DNA of 64,000 bases. It comes from Mytilus trossulus. Taxonomy: Eukaryota. Below are positions 1 to 11,929 of this stretch, one piece after another. The notes beneath the pieces were generated by a model. That model did not search any database and had not been told where the DNA came from. It saw only the letters and a list, made by a program, of their open reading frames with translations. The number at the start of each line of letters is the position of its first letter. Position 1 is the first letter of the stretch. Both the position numbers and the translations under genes were made by a program. The stretch covers positions 4,588,001 through 4,652,000 of the forward strand of contig NC_086380.1 in assembly GCF_036588685.1 (NCBI RefSeq). Direction: 5' to 3'.

Positions 1-199
1 ATTCTCACTTGTATGACAGTCGCATAAAATATCAAAAAAGGGGTATAGCAGTCAACATTGTGTTATAATCTTAATCACTGTAAAAACAAAAAAATATGTA
101 ACAAAAAAAACCCAAAAGGCATATGGACAAAGCATATAAGTAAAAATGAAAGACAAGAATACAAAGGGCATGTGATTCGAAGTAATCAGGCTTATAATT

Positions 200-255
200 A
201 AGATCGTCAGACGAACGTTTTATTTATACAAGACTCACCAGTGACGCTCTAATCA
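200..255 (-). ncRNA. Degenerate type I hammerhead ribozyme (retrozyme remnant)
   Basis: Reverse complement gagcgtca-CTGGTGAG-tcttgtataaat-aaaac-gttcgtc-tgacg aligns with the HHR at 19310-19357; the core is mutated. Confidence 0.5.
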
Positions 256-342
256 AACAAGTTTGATCAAAGACGAAATTGAAAATCTAAAACCAACAGA
301 ACTAATAATTTCCTAACACCAGTTTTAACTATTTGTACTATA

Positions 343-646
343 CTAACGATTTTCTAGTTCGATTTCCAGTCTTCTCATTTTTTCGACAACAAAACGGTAC
401 GATTTTTCCAAGCACTTCTTGAATGATTCATATTTGGCATCATCCTTGACGATCAATATACGAATCATACATTCAATCTTCTGTCTCGGCGTCTGTTGTA
501 TCTCGATATCCTCACTCTCAGCAGGGTCAAACGTTTTATTGGAATGAAGTTCATCTAGAATCTTTCCATCATCCAAATAAACATTATCATTTAAATATGA
601 GGTCTTCAATAACTCAATGAGAACCTTTTTGTGTAGCAGTTTCATT
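343..646 (-). CDS. CARD (death-fold) domain exon; either a ~100-aa CARD-only protein or the first coding exon of a larger CARD protein continuing left of the window
   Basis: MKLLHKKVL...LDDGKILDELHS...ESEDIE..QTPRQKIECMIRILIVKDDAKYESFKKCLEKSY fits the CARD six-helix pattern. Acceptor ttttgtag|a at 648-647 lies immediately before the ATG (645). A possible phase-1 donor C|GTTAGT at 348/347 overlaps the stop codon. Confidence 0.7.
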
Positions 647-807
647 CTACAAAATATAATTCTAAAGATTAAATAAACAAATTTCAGAAACATTAATATT
701 CTACTACAGTGTTTCCGATTTATCAAAGGTAAAGTGTTGTTTTGAGCGTTTTGATAAATCCGGCCTCACGACCATAAGTATAATTGCAGCAAAAAGCAAT
801 AGCTTTC

Positions 808-1200
808 TCAAAAAGAGGGACGAAAGATACCAGAGTCAAACTCATAAATCGAAAATAAACTGACAACGCCAAGCTAAAAATGAAAAAAGAAAAACAGACA
901 AACAATAGAACACATGACACAGCATAGAAAACTAAAGAATAAGCACACGAACTCCACCAAAAACTAGCGGTGATCTCAGGTTCTCCGGAAGGTTAAGCAG
1001 ATCCTGCTCAACATGTGGCACCCGTCGTGTTGTTTATGTTATAAAACATCCGGTAAATAGTCTCATTCGGTAGGTCACATTCATGAAAGGGAAGGGGATT
1101 GTTGTTACGACGTAAGGAACATATCCGATAGCATTTGTGAAACGGTTATTCCATAGCGGTCAACCAACTTGTGATGGCGTCCTTAATATTTACGAAGCGA
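808..1200 (-). mobile_element. Penelope-like element 3' end (RT C-terminus remnant plus 3' UTR)
   Basis: 1140-1200 translates to a degenerate LRKxYGRHHxLVDRYGITVSQM-like PLE RT C-terminus. The same UTR recurs at 38208-38480, 27777-27810 and 47445-47520. Confidence 0.6.
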
Positions 1201-1344
1201 TTCGTCTCATAGCTGATTAAATTAGAAAACGTCCTTGAACTGTAGCTTCCTTCATTCCGAAAAGCTGTGCATATAATTTTGATGGTTGCCAAATATAACT
1301 TCACGAGTTTCAGATCTCGATTTAGATAAATTAATGGCAAGGTT

Positions 1345-1800
1345 TAAAGTAAAATAACAAAAATACAGAACTCCAAGAAAAATCAAAAATGAAAAGTCTC
1401 TCATCAAATGGCATAATCAAAAGCTCAAACGAATGGAAAATAATTGTCAAATTCATGATTTGATACAGGCATTTCTTTATGTAGAAAATGGTGTATTAAA
1501 CCATATTGTACATGTTGTAAAGCTGTCTTAACCTGTCACTTTGATATGTTGTATAACAGTCGAATAATATTCCATTATATTGACAAGAATCTTGCATATA
1601 GACAGAGAACATAAGCATAAAGGAAAACAAGAATATAAGGAATGACAATAGCATAATAACACATTGGCAGAATGTATAAATACCGAGCCACGCCAAACGG
1701 ATCGTATCACAAATAGACTAAGCAATATATATATATATATATATATAAAACACGTTAGTAAAATGATAGACAATGTCACTACCTAGAATCTATATTTCAA
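1345..1800 (-). repeat. Dispersed repeat (probable PLE-derived 3' UTR family)
   Basis: The 'aagtaaaataacaaaaatac.gaactcc...caaatggcaaaatcaaaa' block recurs at 35021-35240, 51440-51750 (inverted), 5565-5700 (inverted) and 60955. Confidence 0.5.
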
Positions 1801-3059
1801 GACAATCATGTATAATTTGTGAAGTTGACAAGGAATATATATCTAAAACGTCTTAATGATTTCCGATGAATTTACTTTAGAAAATGATTAATCATAATGC
1901 CAACATTTTTTTTTTGTCTCTGAAATATATTTATTTCTCTAAAAAAAAACAATCAATTAAAAGATTAAAAAATTAGAGGCTGTCTATTTTCATTGTAAAT
2001 TGATATATCTTAATTCATTATTTCCACACACAAAATTAAGTGTTGATATGATCTCACCTACAGTATTCACAACAATTCTAACCGTTTGGGGTTACGAACT
2101 ATAAATTCATTGTATGTGTTCATTTTAGAAGAACATACGTTAAACTTAAGCAATAAATACTTTTTTGTGTGTCGTTTAAATTGGTTTATTGTTTTATTTG
2201 TGTTTATTGTTTCATTATTTTCTATTCTGTACATTTTAATATATGTTTTTAAATTTATTTTTGATTTGGATAATTGATCATTTTGAATAACAATAAGTCG
2301 ATTTTAAATATTCTCAACCAACTCACATACTTAATTATTTTAGAGTCATTCATTTTGAGGTCTATGCGTCATTTAACTCTAATTACATCCCAGCTCCTTT
2401 GTTCTAACAGGGGTGATCTGAGCCAGATCACCCCTACCAGATCACCCCAGTTTGAGTTTCTTTGTTATGCATGCTTTCCTTTGTTCTGTTACATTTTGGC
2501 GGGAATGTCAAATCCATTATAAAACTAATAATTTGGAAAAGACTATCTCTCAAAATTCACGTAGAAAAAATCCAGTGTATATGCTGGTTTTCGAACTCAA
2601 GACCTTTAGCATATCAAGCCACGACACATACCACTACACCAGGACGACTGGATACGAACTGATAGTAATTTGACATACCTAAAGGAAGCAAGATCTTTTT
2701 ATAAATGGAGCGAGTTGTCAGGCGATTACTCAGTGGGGTTTAAACCGTTTTCGTTAATAAGTGAGTTTTCAGACTGATTGTTCAATTTGATTTTACACTT
2801 TTTCAAAAATGGGCCGAGTCGGTAAACAAGAGTCCATGGGGTGATTTTTTTTTTATAAAGTGGCGATATAGTGTAGGCCGATTGGCAAGTGGGGCGAGTT
2901 GACATTGTTTGATATCTACTCATCGTGTTTGGGGGTCATAAAGGGTATACATCATATAGTAATACAGAAAGTATATTGTAATGGTTGTTTGGCGTTCTAA
3001 ACTAAATTTTTTTTAATTGTAAATGGTTTTTCGTCTAATCTAAAACAGCTGGGATGCAA

Positions 3060-3167
3060 AATAGTTATCCCACTCAGACTTGGTGTGTCAGTGTTAGATC
3101 ACCCTCTGGCCTCCGGCCATCGGGGTGATCTTACACTGACACACCGCGTCCTTGTGGGATAACTATT
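3060..3167. mobile_element. Short palindromic MITE (~108 bp hairpin)
   Basis: aatagttatcccac...gtgggataactatt; inner arms gtgtgtcagtgt.agatcaccc / ggggtgatct.acactgacacac; central gcctccggc. Confidence 0.7.
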
Positions 3168-3775
3168 AAATACCACATCTTGAGACAATGGATTCGAAAA
3201 TGTAAAATATGACACTATTTAAAAGATGGCAAACTCTTCTAAATTAATACATCAATATGTTTTATAACAGCTATCAGACAGTGATCAATATTATTATGAT
3301 CGTGCAGATATTAATTGTATCGTAACGACCCGATTTGAAAGGAGGGAATAACTTTATTATTAAAGTCAAACCACTGCAAAATGTAATGAAAATAACACAG
3401 GTATGTTTACAACTTACCTTTTGTAGTCAAATTGAAGTTTTAAAATTAAAATTTAAATGGGGAAAATGGTCAAACATTTTCTCTATCTTCTGGCACAATT
3501 CCATATTTTTTAAGTTTAACTGCAACAGAAAATTAAAAAAGTTACCTATTGTGAGAATTTATGATAACAAAGTCTACCATTAAGACAACATTTGAAACTT
3601 GATGGAAAATGTAAGTGTCTGCTTACATCAATATATTTTATATTATATCATTTTTGGGACATGTAAATCAATGCCAAAGCCAAGATCAAATTTCTATGAG
3701 GAACAGATAACACTGCGGCTTACATAGACAAGTATAGGCAACAACAGTTATTTGTAATTCAAGGTAATATACAAA

Positions 3776-5031
3776 CTAGAGGCTCTAAAGAGCCTGTGTC
3801 GCTCACCTTGGTCTATGTTAATATTAAACATTGTACACAGATGGATTCATGACAAAATTGTGTTTTGGTGATGGTGATGTGTTTGTAGATCTTACTTTAC
3901 TAAACATTTTTGCTGCTTACAATTATCTCTATCTATAACAGTAGTTTCTGTGGAAAATGTTAGTGAAAATCTACAAATTTTGTGAAAATTATTAAAAATT
4001 TACTATGAAGGGCAATGACTCCTTAGGGGGTCAATTGACTATTTTGGTCATGTTGACTTATTTTTAGTTCTTACTTTGCTGTACATTATTGCTGTTTACA
4101 GTTTATCACTATTTATAATAATATTCAAGATAATAACAAAAAAAACAGCAAAATTTCCTCAAAATTACCAATTCATGGGCAGCAACCTAACAACCGATAA
4201 TCCAATTCATCTGAAAATTCCAGGGCAGATAGATCTTGACCTGATCAACAATTTTACTTCAGGTCAGATTTACTCTTAATGTTTTGGTTTTTGAGTTATA
4301 AGCCAAAAACTGCATTTTACCCCTATGTTCTATTTTTAGACGTGGTGGCCATCTTGGTTGGTTGGCCGGGTCATCGGACACAATTTTCAAACTAGATACC
4401 CCAATGATGATTGTGGCCAAGTTTCAATTAATTTGGCCCAATAGTTCCAGAGGAGAAGATTTTTCTAAAAGATTACTAAGATTTACGAAAAATGGTTAAA
4501 AATTGGCTATAAAGGGCAATAACTCCTAACTTGCTGAACATTATTGCTGTTTACAGTTTATCTCTATCTAAAATAATATTCAAGATAATAACCAAAAACA
4601 ACAAAATTTCCTTAAAATTACCAATTCAGGGGCAGCAACCTAACAAAGGAATGTCAGATTCATCTTAAAATTTCAGGGCAGATAGATCTTAACCTGATAA
4701 ACAATTTTATCCCATATCAGATTTCCTCTAAATGCTTTGGTTTTTGAGTTATAAGCCAAAAACTGCATTTTACCCCTATGTTCTATTTTTAGCCATGGCG
4801 GCCATCTTGGTTGGTTGGCGGGGTCACCGGACACAATTTTTGATCTAGATACCCCAATGATGATTGTGGTCAAGTTTGGTTAAATTTGGCCCAGTAGTTT
4901 CAGAGGAGAAGATTTTTGTAAAAGTTAACGCCGGACGCAGGACGACGACGACGACGACGGACGACGGACGACGGACGCAGGACGCCAAGTGATGAGAAAA
5001 GCTCACTTGGCCCTTTGGGCCAGGTGAGCTA
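3776..5031 (-). mobile_element. Helentron-associated non-autonomous element (HINE/DINE-1-like) with an internally duplicated core
   Basis: 5' hairpin agctcacctggccc/gggccaagtgagct, (GTC/GTCC)n microsatellite 4932-4985, 3' stem-loop ggctct-ttag-agcc followed by CTAG, in T-rich flanks. Core ~4000-4530 is repeated at ~4530-4925. A sister copy lies at 58586-59366. Confidence 0.75.
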
Positions 5032-5784
5032 AAAATGAGGACATCCCATGACCACAATCAAAAGGACACCGGATGTCGACAAGAAATTGCCTGTACTAAG
5101 TCAGGAACATATATCACTTGATCAATGGTAAGAATCAAGGCTAGCCTTCCTTTTTCTTTCGCCTTATTATAATTGTTAGTTTTCGTTTGATGAACAAAAG
5201 TCATTTTTTCTTTGTGTACTAATGAAACTTGTAGGTACTGGGTTTTTTTTCTGCTTCGGAAATAATTTTGACAACACAAAAATATAGCGTTAAGACAACA
5301 AATATTCCTTCATTCTTTATAAATAATAATGACTATTGTGATAACATTTTTATTTTATTTTACGAAATAGTTGAATCATAAAATGATGATTTTCAGAAAA
5401 CCTAAACGGGAAGACTTTTAAAAAATCAATATATTATCAAGACGAATTGTGGACGTATCAATGTAAAGTATAAATATATATGTTATAGATTTTCTATAGA
5501 CGAATTAGAAGCAAATATTTAGAAGGGACTTTTCATTGTACTTTCATTTTCTGTTAAAGGAAATGCCTGCACCAAGTCAGAAATATGGCAGTTGTTTTTT
5601 GTTTGTTTTATGTGTTTTAGGAGTTGGATTTTGTCATTTGATAAGAGAATTTTCGATTTGAATATTTCTTGGAATTCAGTATATTTGTTATTTTACTTTT
5701 CGGTATTAATTGTTGTCCAATTATGTTTCCTACAATATAATTAGATCGAACAAAGACGTTTACAAAACAGAAACTAAAACAGGT

Positions 5785-6170
5785 TATTGATTCACTTATA
5801 GGGTCTTTGTATCGGAACTAAACACATTTATTCAAAAACCAGTTGTTGGCATGACACGGGTTATGTTCTTCTCATATATGTTATGATGGTATGATACTAA
5901 ACCCCTAACGTGAAGGATTGTGCCTGATATTCATATGATGAAATCATAATCTTCCAATCAGTTTAATTGAAGTCTGGAGCTGGCATGTCAGTTAACTGCT
6001 AGTAGTCTGTTGTTATTTATGTATTATTGTCATTTTGTTTATTTTCTTTGGTTACATCTTCTGACATCAGACTCGGACTTCTCTTGAATTGTATTTAAAA
6101 TGTGCGTATTGTTATGCATTTACTTTTCTACATTGGCTAGAGGTATAGGGGGAGGGTTGAGAGGGTTGCA
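5785..6170 (+). mobile_element. PLE 3' fragment (end of RT ORF ...IDSLIGSLxRN* plus 3' UTR)
   Basis: Matches the reverse complement of 49430-49690 and 9250-9480. Confidence 0.6.
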
Positions 6171-7035
6171 AATTTACCTTTCAAAGTATTCGTTGTCTAC
6201 AAGTTTATTTGAAAATTACAAATTTATGTAATGTGCTATATAAATATAATGTATATTCATGTATATTATGGAGAAGACGGAACTAAGTTGAAAAACTTGT
6301 GTCTAATCCATTTGTTTTGAACAATAAAATATGTTTAAACTACAAGTTCATTAGGTTTCAAATCTGAATGTCATGCAGCTTCAAAGAAGAACCTTTGTTT
6401 TTAATTTTCACTGAATTTCACATACTCGCCAAGTAAGCTTAAAATGATAGACTACTTCGACTGTCTACACTTTTTATTAGTATGGAAAATGACAAAATTT
6501 ATCTTTTCTAAGATTTTTATTTTCTTTCAAAAAAGGTAACATATTTTCAACACAAATGATGAGGTATCTTTAAAACCAAAAACATAGAAGTTTATTTACA
6601 AATCCATACAGACAAAACGTATTGATACTGAATTGTTATAGATCATAATTAGGAAATGAACAGTCTCCACTATATCGTAAAATTTGAACATTGCCATAAA
6701 AGCGAGAGGTGGCTATAATACCAGTTTCAACCCACTTTTTGTTTTTAAAATGTCCTGTACCAAGTCAGGAATATTGCCGTTGTTATATTTTTTTGTATGT
6801 TGTTATCCTCTTATAGTTGATGTGTTTCCCTCGGTATTAGTTCGAAACCCGGATTTTCTCATTCTCTCAATCGATTAATGACTTTTGACCACTGGTACAC
6901 AACTGTTGCCTTTATTCAGCTAAATAGGTTTAATTCGTTTGTATACATTTCGAGCATTGAATCAGCTGATAAATATTAGACCATCTCTGGGTAAAAACTT
7001 GTCAAGTATATGGAACTATGATGCAGCTTCCTTGA

Positions 7036-7500
7036 ATATAAAAAAGAAGATGTGGTATCAATGCCAATGAGACAACTAACCACAAGAGACCAACTGACAG
7101 AAATTAATAACTATAGGTCACCGTACAGCCTTCAATAATGCGCAAAGCCCATACCGCATAGTCAGCTATAAAAGGCCCCGAAATGAAAAATGTAAAACAT
7201 TTCAAACATGAAAAATAACGGCCTAATTTATGTACACAAAAAAATGAACGAAAAACAAATGTGTAACACATCAACAAACGACAACCCCTGAATAACAGAC
7301 TCCTGACTTGGGACTGGCACATACATACAGAATATGGTTGGGTTAAACATGTTAGTGGGATCCCAACCCTTCCCTAACCTGGAACAGTGATGTAACAGTA
7401 CAACATAAGAACGAACTATAAAAAATCAGTTGAAAACGCTTTAACTCATCAGATGGATTCAAATGGAAATACATCTTACAAAAAACACAGAGTGCGCGTG
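7036..7500 (-). mobile_element. PLE 3' UTR fragment
   Basis: Reverse complement matches 54110-54545, ending gttgtctcattggc..ataccacatcttctttt. Confidence 0.6.
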
Positions 7501-8945
7501 GCAAGGAAATCCCTGGTTTAAAATTTTTCCAGTAATCAAAAATTAAAAACGTCACAACAGACACGGGTATTGAGAACGAGTTGTGAAATATAAACACCGT
7601 AAGATGGTGACAAAGGAACATCATTATTCAAAAAGGGAAAAATAACAATATAGAACAAAAAATCGTCCCTTTAGTCATGAATATTAATGTGGAGTTGCTC
7701 ATGTAAATCCGAAATATATATATATATTTAGGAAAGGAAGCATGATAAGAGAAAAGGAGATTTAGTTTTTCGACAAACCGTAGTGTTTCATTCTTCTTTG
7801 GATTTCAAAAAATTGGTCGAACCCGGTTACAAAACCCTATTTTTTCCTTGTTCGTGACAAAACCTAATGCTTTAATGTCTGGGTTTCAACTTCCCAATAC
7901 CAACAAGTAAAGCAGAAACCGCTGATCCATTTTGTATATATGTGTTGGCGATGTTAGTGTCTGTCATTCATACAATCGATCAATATACATTGAATTGAAC
8001 AATTGATCAATATACGTTGAAAATATTGAAAGTATTCATATATTGTGTAGGCATTTTTATTAAGTGCTTTGCGATTTTTTCTTTTTACCTAATTTTAATA
8101 AACAAACAATTAATTAAATAACTAAACAGACAGAATGAATAAATACATACCATTATAGACGACATTTTGACAGGCATATCATACATGTTATTGTAATCAA
8201 TCTGCGTTTCAAAAAACCACCTGTATTTTTTGAAAATCACCTGTGCATTTAAATACCCGACCTATATTTCGAGATAATATAGGTATTTTCCGAATAATCA
8301 AATCAATGTTTCCTATTCATTACATAATATTTAATGTCATGCAATGGATATGAAAATGTTCACTCATGAAGCATATCTATATTTGTACTAAGTAGCATAC
8401 AATAAATATGCAATGGATAACGTATTGGTATTTTCTTTTGTTGTTTCGTTCGTTTTAAATAACATGAAAACTTATGTGCTGTGGTACTGTGTTTATGCAG
8501 AATTTATTCGAAACTAACTTCTTGACAATTTGCGTAAGGTCATTGAACAGATTGTTGGTTGCTAAACGTCCAGTGGCAAATATTTCATTCATATTCAGTA
8601 CGAGAACAAATTAACAATCAATACAATAGGCAGGTTTTGTAGTAGAGGTGTGCTGGATTGAGATCGGACCTACGGATCTCACAAAGAGTTGTTGCAAGGG
8701 TTCTTAACGTGCAAAGAGTGTAGCACTCCAACGCTGTAATGAAAATATACTAGGATCCACGACTTCGTTTTATGTGTATTAGTGTATTAATCAATCATTT
8801 ACCTATTCGGTTGTGGAAAATGTGAAAATAAATTTACGTTTGCTGCCAACAGCACGACAACGTTACGATTTTTGCGCCGTTTTTTTTTTTTTTTTTTATA
8901 TATCTAGAACACTACTTTGCATTTTGCCTTAAAACGAAGTCAATG

Positions 8946-9480
8946 ATAAAATTGAGAATGGAAATGGGGAATGTGTCAAAGAGACAACAACTCGACCAAA
9001 TAAAAAACAACAACAGAAGGTCACCAACAGGTCTTCAATGTAGCGAGAAATTCCCGCACCCGGAGGCGTCCTTCAGCTGGACCCTTAACAAATATATACT
9101 AGTTCAGTGATAATGAACGCCATACTAATTTCCAAATTGTACACAAGAAACTAATATAAAAATAATACAAGACTAACAAAGGCCAGAGGCTCCTGACTTG
9201 GGACAGGCGCAAAAATGCGGCGGGGTTAAACATGTTTGTGAGATCTCAACCCTCCCCCTATACCTCTAACCAATGTAGAAAAATAAACGCATAACGATAC
9301 GCACATTAAAATTCAGTTCAAGAGAAGTCCGAGTCTGATGTCAGAAGATGTAACCAAAGAAAATAAACAAAATGACAATAATACATAAATAACAACAGAC
9401 TACTAGCAGTTAACTGACATGCCAGCTCCAGACTTCAATTAAACTGACTGAAAGATTATGATTTCATCATATGAACATCA
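8946..9480 (-). mobile_element. PLE 3' UTR fragment
   Basis: Near-identical to 48336-48770 plus 49430-49545, which is the 3' UTR of the RT remnant at 49650-51013. Confidence 0.65.
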
Positions 9481-9792
9481 ATGAGTCTTATTATTTTACA
9501 TGAAAGCGACAAAATGTATGTTCCATATGGTTTTTTAAGAAAATTCCATGTTTTTTACTTGAAATTGGAGATTTGATGATTTTGTATTCATTACTGTTTC
9601 ATTAAATGGGCACTAGCATCGATGATGAATTATTCACTTGCAAGTAAATAATGCGACCTCATCGAATACGCATTCTTTTGACCGTTAATTTAACCCCTAG
9701 AGATTATGCATGGATCATGCGTGCTAAGTTATTAAAAGGAAACGAAAATCAACATTTAAAGTGAAAAATCTATGTTTTATATCGGATTATAT

Positions 9793-9949
9793 TGTCGGGA
9801 ATACGTGAATTTAGTAAGAAAACGTTGCATGTTCTAATATGTGTAATCGATCTATAGAAGCCAAAGTATACAAGTGACACGTCACAAAGTCTTGACGTTA
9901 CAAGACCTAAGTGACGTTCCCGCGTTGTGTTCGCGTCGTATTTACAACA
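9793..9949 (-). repeat. 3' LTR of BEL/Pao element (157 bp)
   Basis: Direct repeat of 16118-16277; 6 substitutions and 2 small indels by manual alignment. Confidence 0.95.
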
Positions 9950-11366
9950 TTCTGGGGGCCGCAAAAAGTTAAAATTCTATATACAAACAATCTCAAATGT
10001 GAATAAGAAATTTCAAATTAAAAATATTTACGCTTAAAATTAAAGTCTCTGTATAGAAAATAATTACTGTCTCTGTATAGTGGTATTAAAATTTGACACT
10101 TGAACATTTTTAAATAACGATTCACAGTTCATATAAAAAGGGTAATTAACAGTTCACATTCGTTCTTTATCATCTCGATTTGAAGGCAGATTCAACCAAT
10201 TACGGATTCTTTCACCAGCCTTTACACTTGCTTGTCGTCTTGGACGAATGTCTTGTTTGGCACTTTGTTCACATGTATCATCTTTTTTCGTATTACATGT
10301 AATTTCGAGCGGATATAGTTTCACTATCGGCCATGTAGTTTCGGTATTCTTCATCCTTATTTTAGCGGCACGCACAAATCCATCGTTTCCTCGAAAAAGT
10401 TCAGTTACAAGGGCCATTTTCCAATTGATTCTCGTTGACTCATCGTGCACAAGAACAACGTCGCCAACTTTAATTTGTTCATTGTTATTTCCATATGCTT
10501 TGTGGTATTCCCTCAATGATGTTACATAGTAATTTTTCCATCTTGTCCAACGTGTCTGAATAATTCACTTTGTCGTTCATTTTGTTTATTTAGTGACGAA
10601 CAGTCCATAAACACGGGTTCACTGTTGTCCTGTTCTGAATGTGGATAGGATAACGATCTAATTTTTCTACCACATAATAGGTGCGATAAGTAAGTGGTTC
10701 ACTGTCGTTGATATTTGTGGAGGTGTATGCTAGTAGTCTGTCGTTCATTACACTTTCTACTTCCGTAACAATAGTGCACAAGGTTTGAAAATCGACCAAT
10801 GATTTTCGAGAACATTTTTTAACGTAGTTTTTGTTACTGCTATTAGTCTCTCCCAAAATCCACCATACCAGGGAGCACGATGCGGTATAAATCTCCACTG
10901 TACACCTAAATCTGCGATTTTATCTTGTACATTTTGCGATTCAAATATTCGTTTGATTTCTTTTGAAGCTGCAACAAAGGTCAGCGCATTGTCCGTTATA
11001 ACAACTTTCGGTGTAGACCTGCGACTTGTGAAACGAGGAAAAGCTTGCATAAAACATTCTGCTGATAAATTCGATAAAACCTCTAAATGTTCTCCTCTTG
11101 TTGACGCACATGTAAATAAGCACACGTATGCCTTAGTTATTTTATTGTGTTCATCCCTTACATGTAGTGCTCCTGTAAAGTCAATACCGGTCACAGTAAA
11201 TGGCGGTGCATCTTGACGTCGTGCTTTGGGTAAAGGCGGCGGATCCGGAGCCTTATACGAAGTTTCATTAACTTTAAGACATGCAGTACATTTACGTAAA
11301 ATCTTATTAACAAATTGACGAATACACGATATCCAAAAGTTTTGACGTAGATGCGATATGGTACTA

Positions 11367-11929
11367 TAGTCGCCGTCAGCTGAAATTCGTAGCGGTTATC
11401 GGTAAAAATAATCTAAACTATCAACCACGTTCACTCGAGATATAGTTTTTCACATTCCATTCATAAATCGCAAAAAGAAAAACCACTACTGACCTACCTT
11501 TTAAGTGATTGCACTGTGATAATCCTGACCTTCACATTTTCCAAGACTATTTTGAATGGTGGAATCCGCCATTGTTTTTTTTCCGGAAGTGTTCCCCTGG
11601 AGTTAAATTTCATAACATTTGCATAAAGCGCGGGAAACCGTATCACATCAATGAAAAGAACATTTCAGGAAACTGCGTAAATGACGAATTTCATATGTAA
11701 ACAAATGATCCTCATAGAAACGAAGATGGCGGAATTACAATGGAAAACATTCTGGAAAATGTGAAGGTCAGGATTATTACAGTGCGATCACTTAAAAGGT
11801 AGGTCAGTAGTGGTTTTTCTTTTCGCGATTTATGAATGAAATGAGAAAAACTATATCTCGAGAGAACGCGGTTGATAGTTAAGATTATTTCTACCGATAA
11901 CCGCTCCGAATTTCAGCTGACGGCGACTA
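11367..11929. mobile_element. Foldback MITE (563 bp, ~180-210 bp TIRs, TA TSD) inserted in the BEL integrase
   Basis: tagtcgccgtcagctgaaattcg...cgaatttcagctgacggcgacta, flanked by TA (11365-66, 11930-31). Removing it restores the frame HSGTSSTISHLRQNFW of the integrase Zn finger. Confidence 0.9.

Noticed and set aside
723-9964. Numerous 60-90 aa ORFs in the ORF track (also 16562-23158, 38171-40611 and 63659-63892)
   Set aside because: They are chance ORFs in AT-rich or repeat DNA, often with non-ATG starts, low complexity and no recognisable domains.
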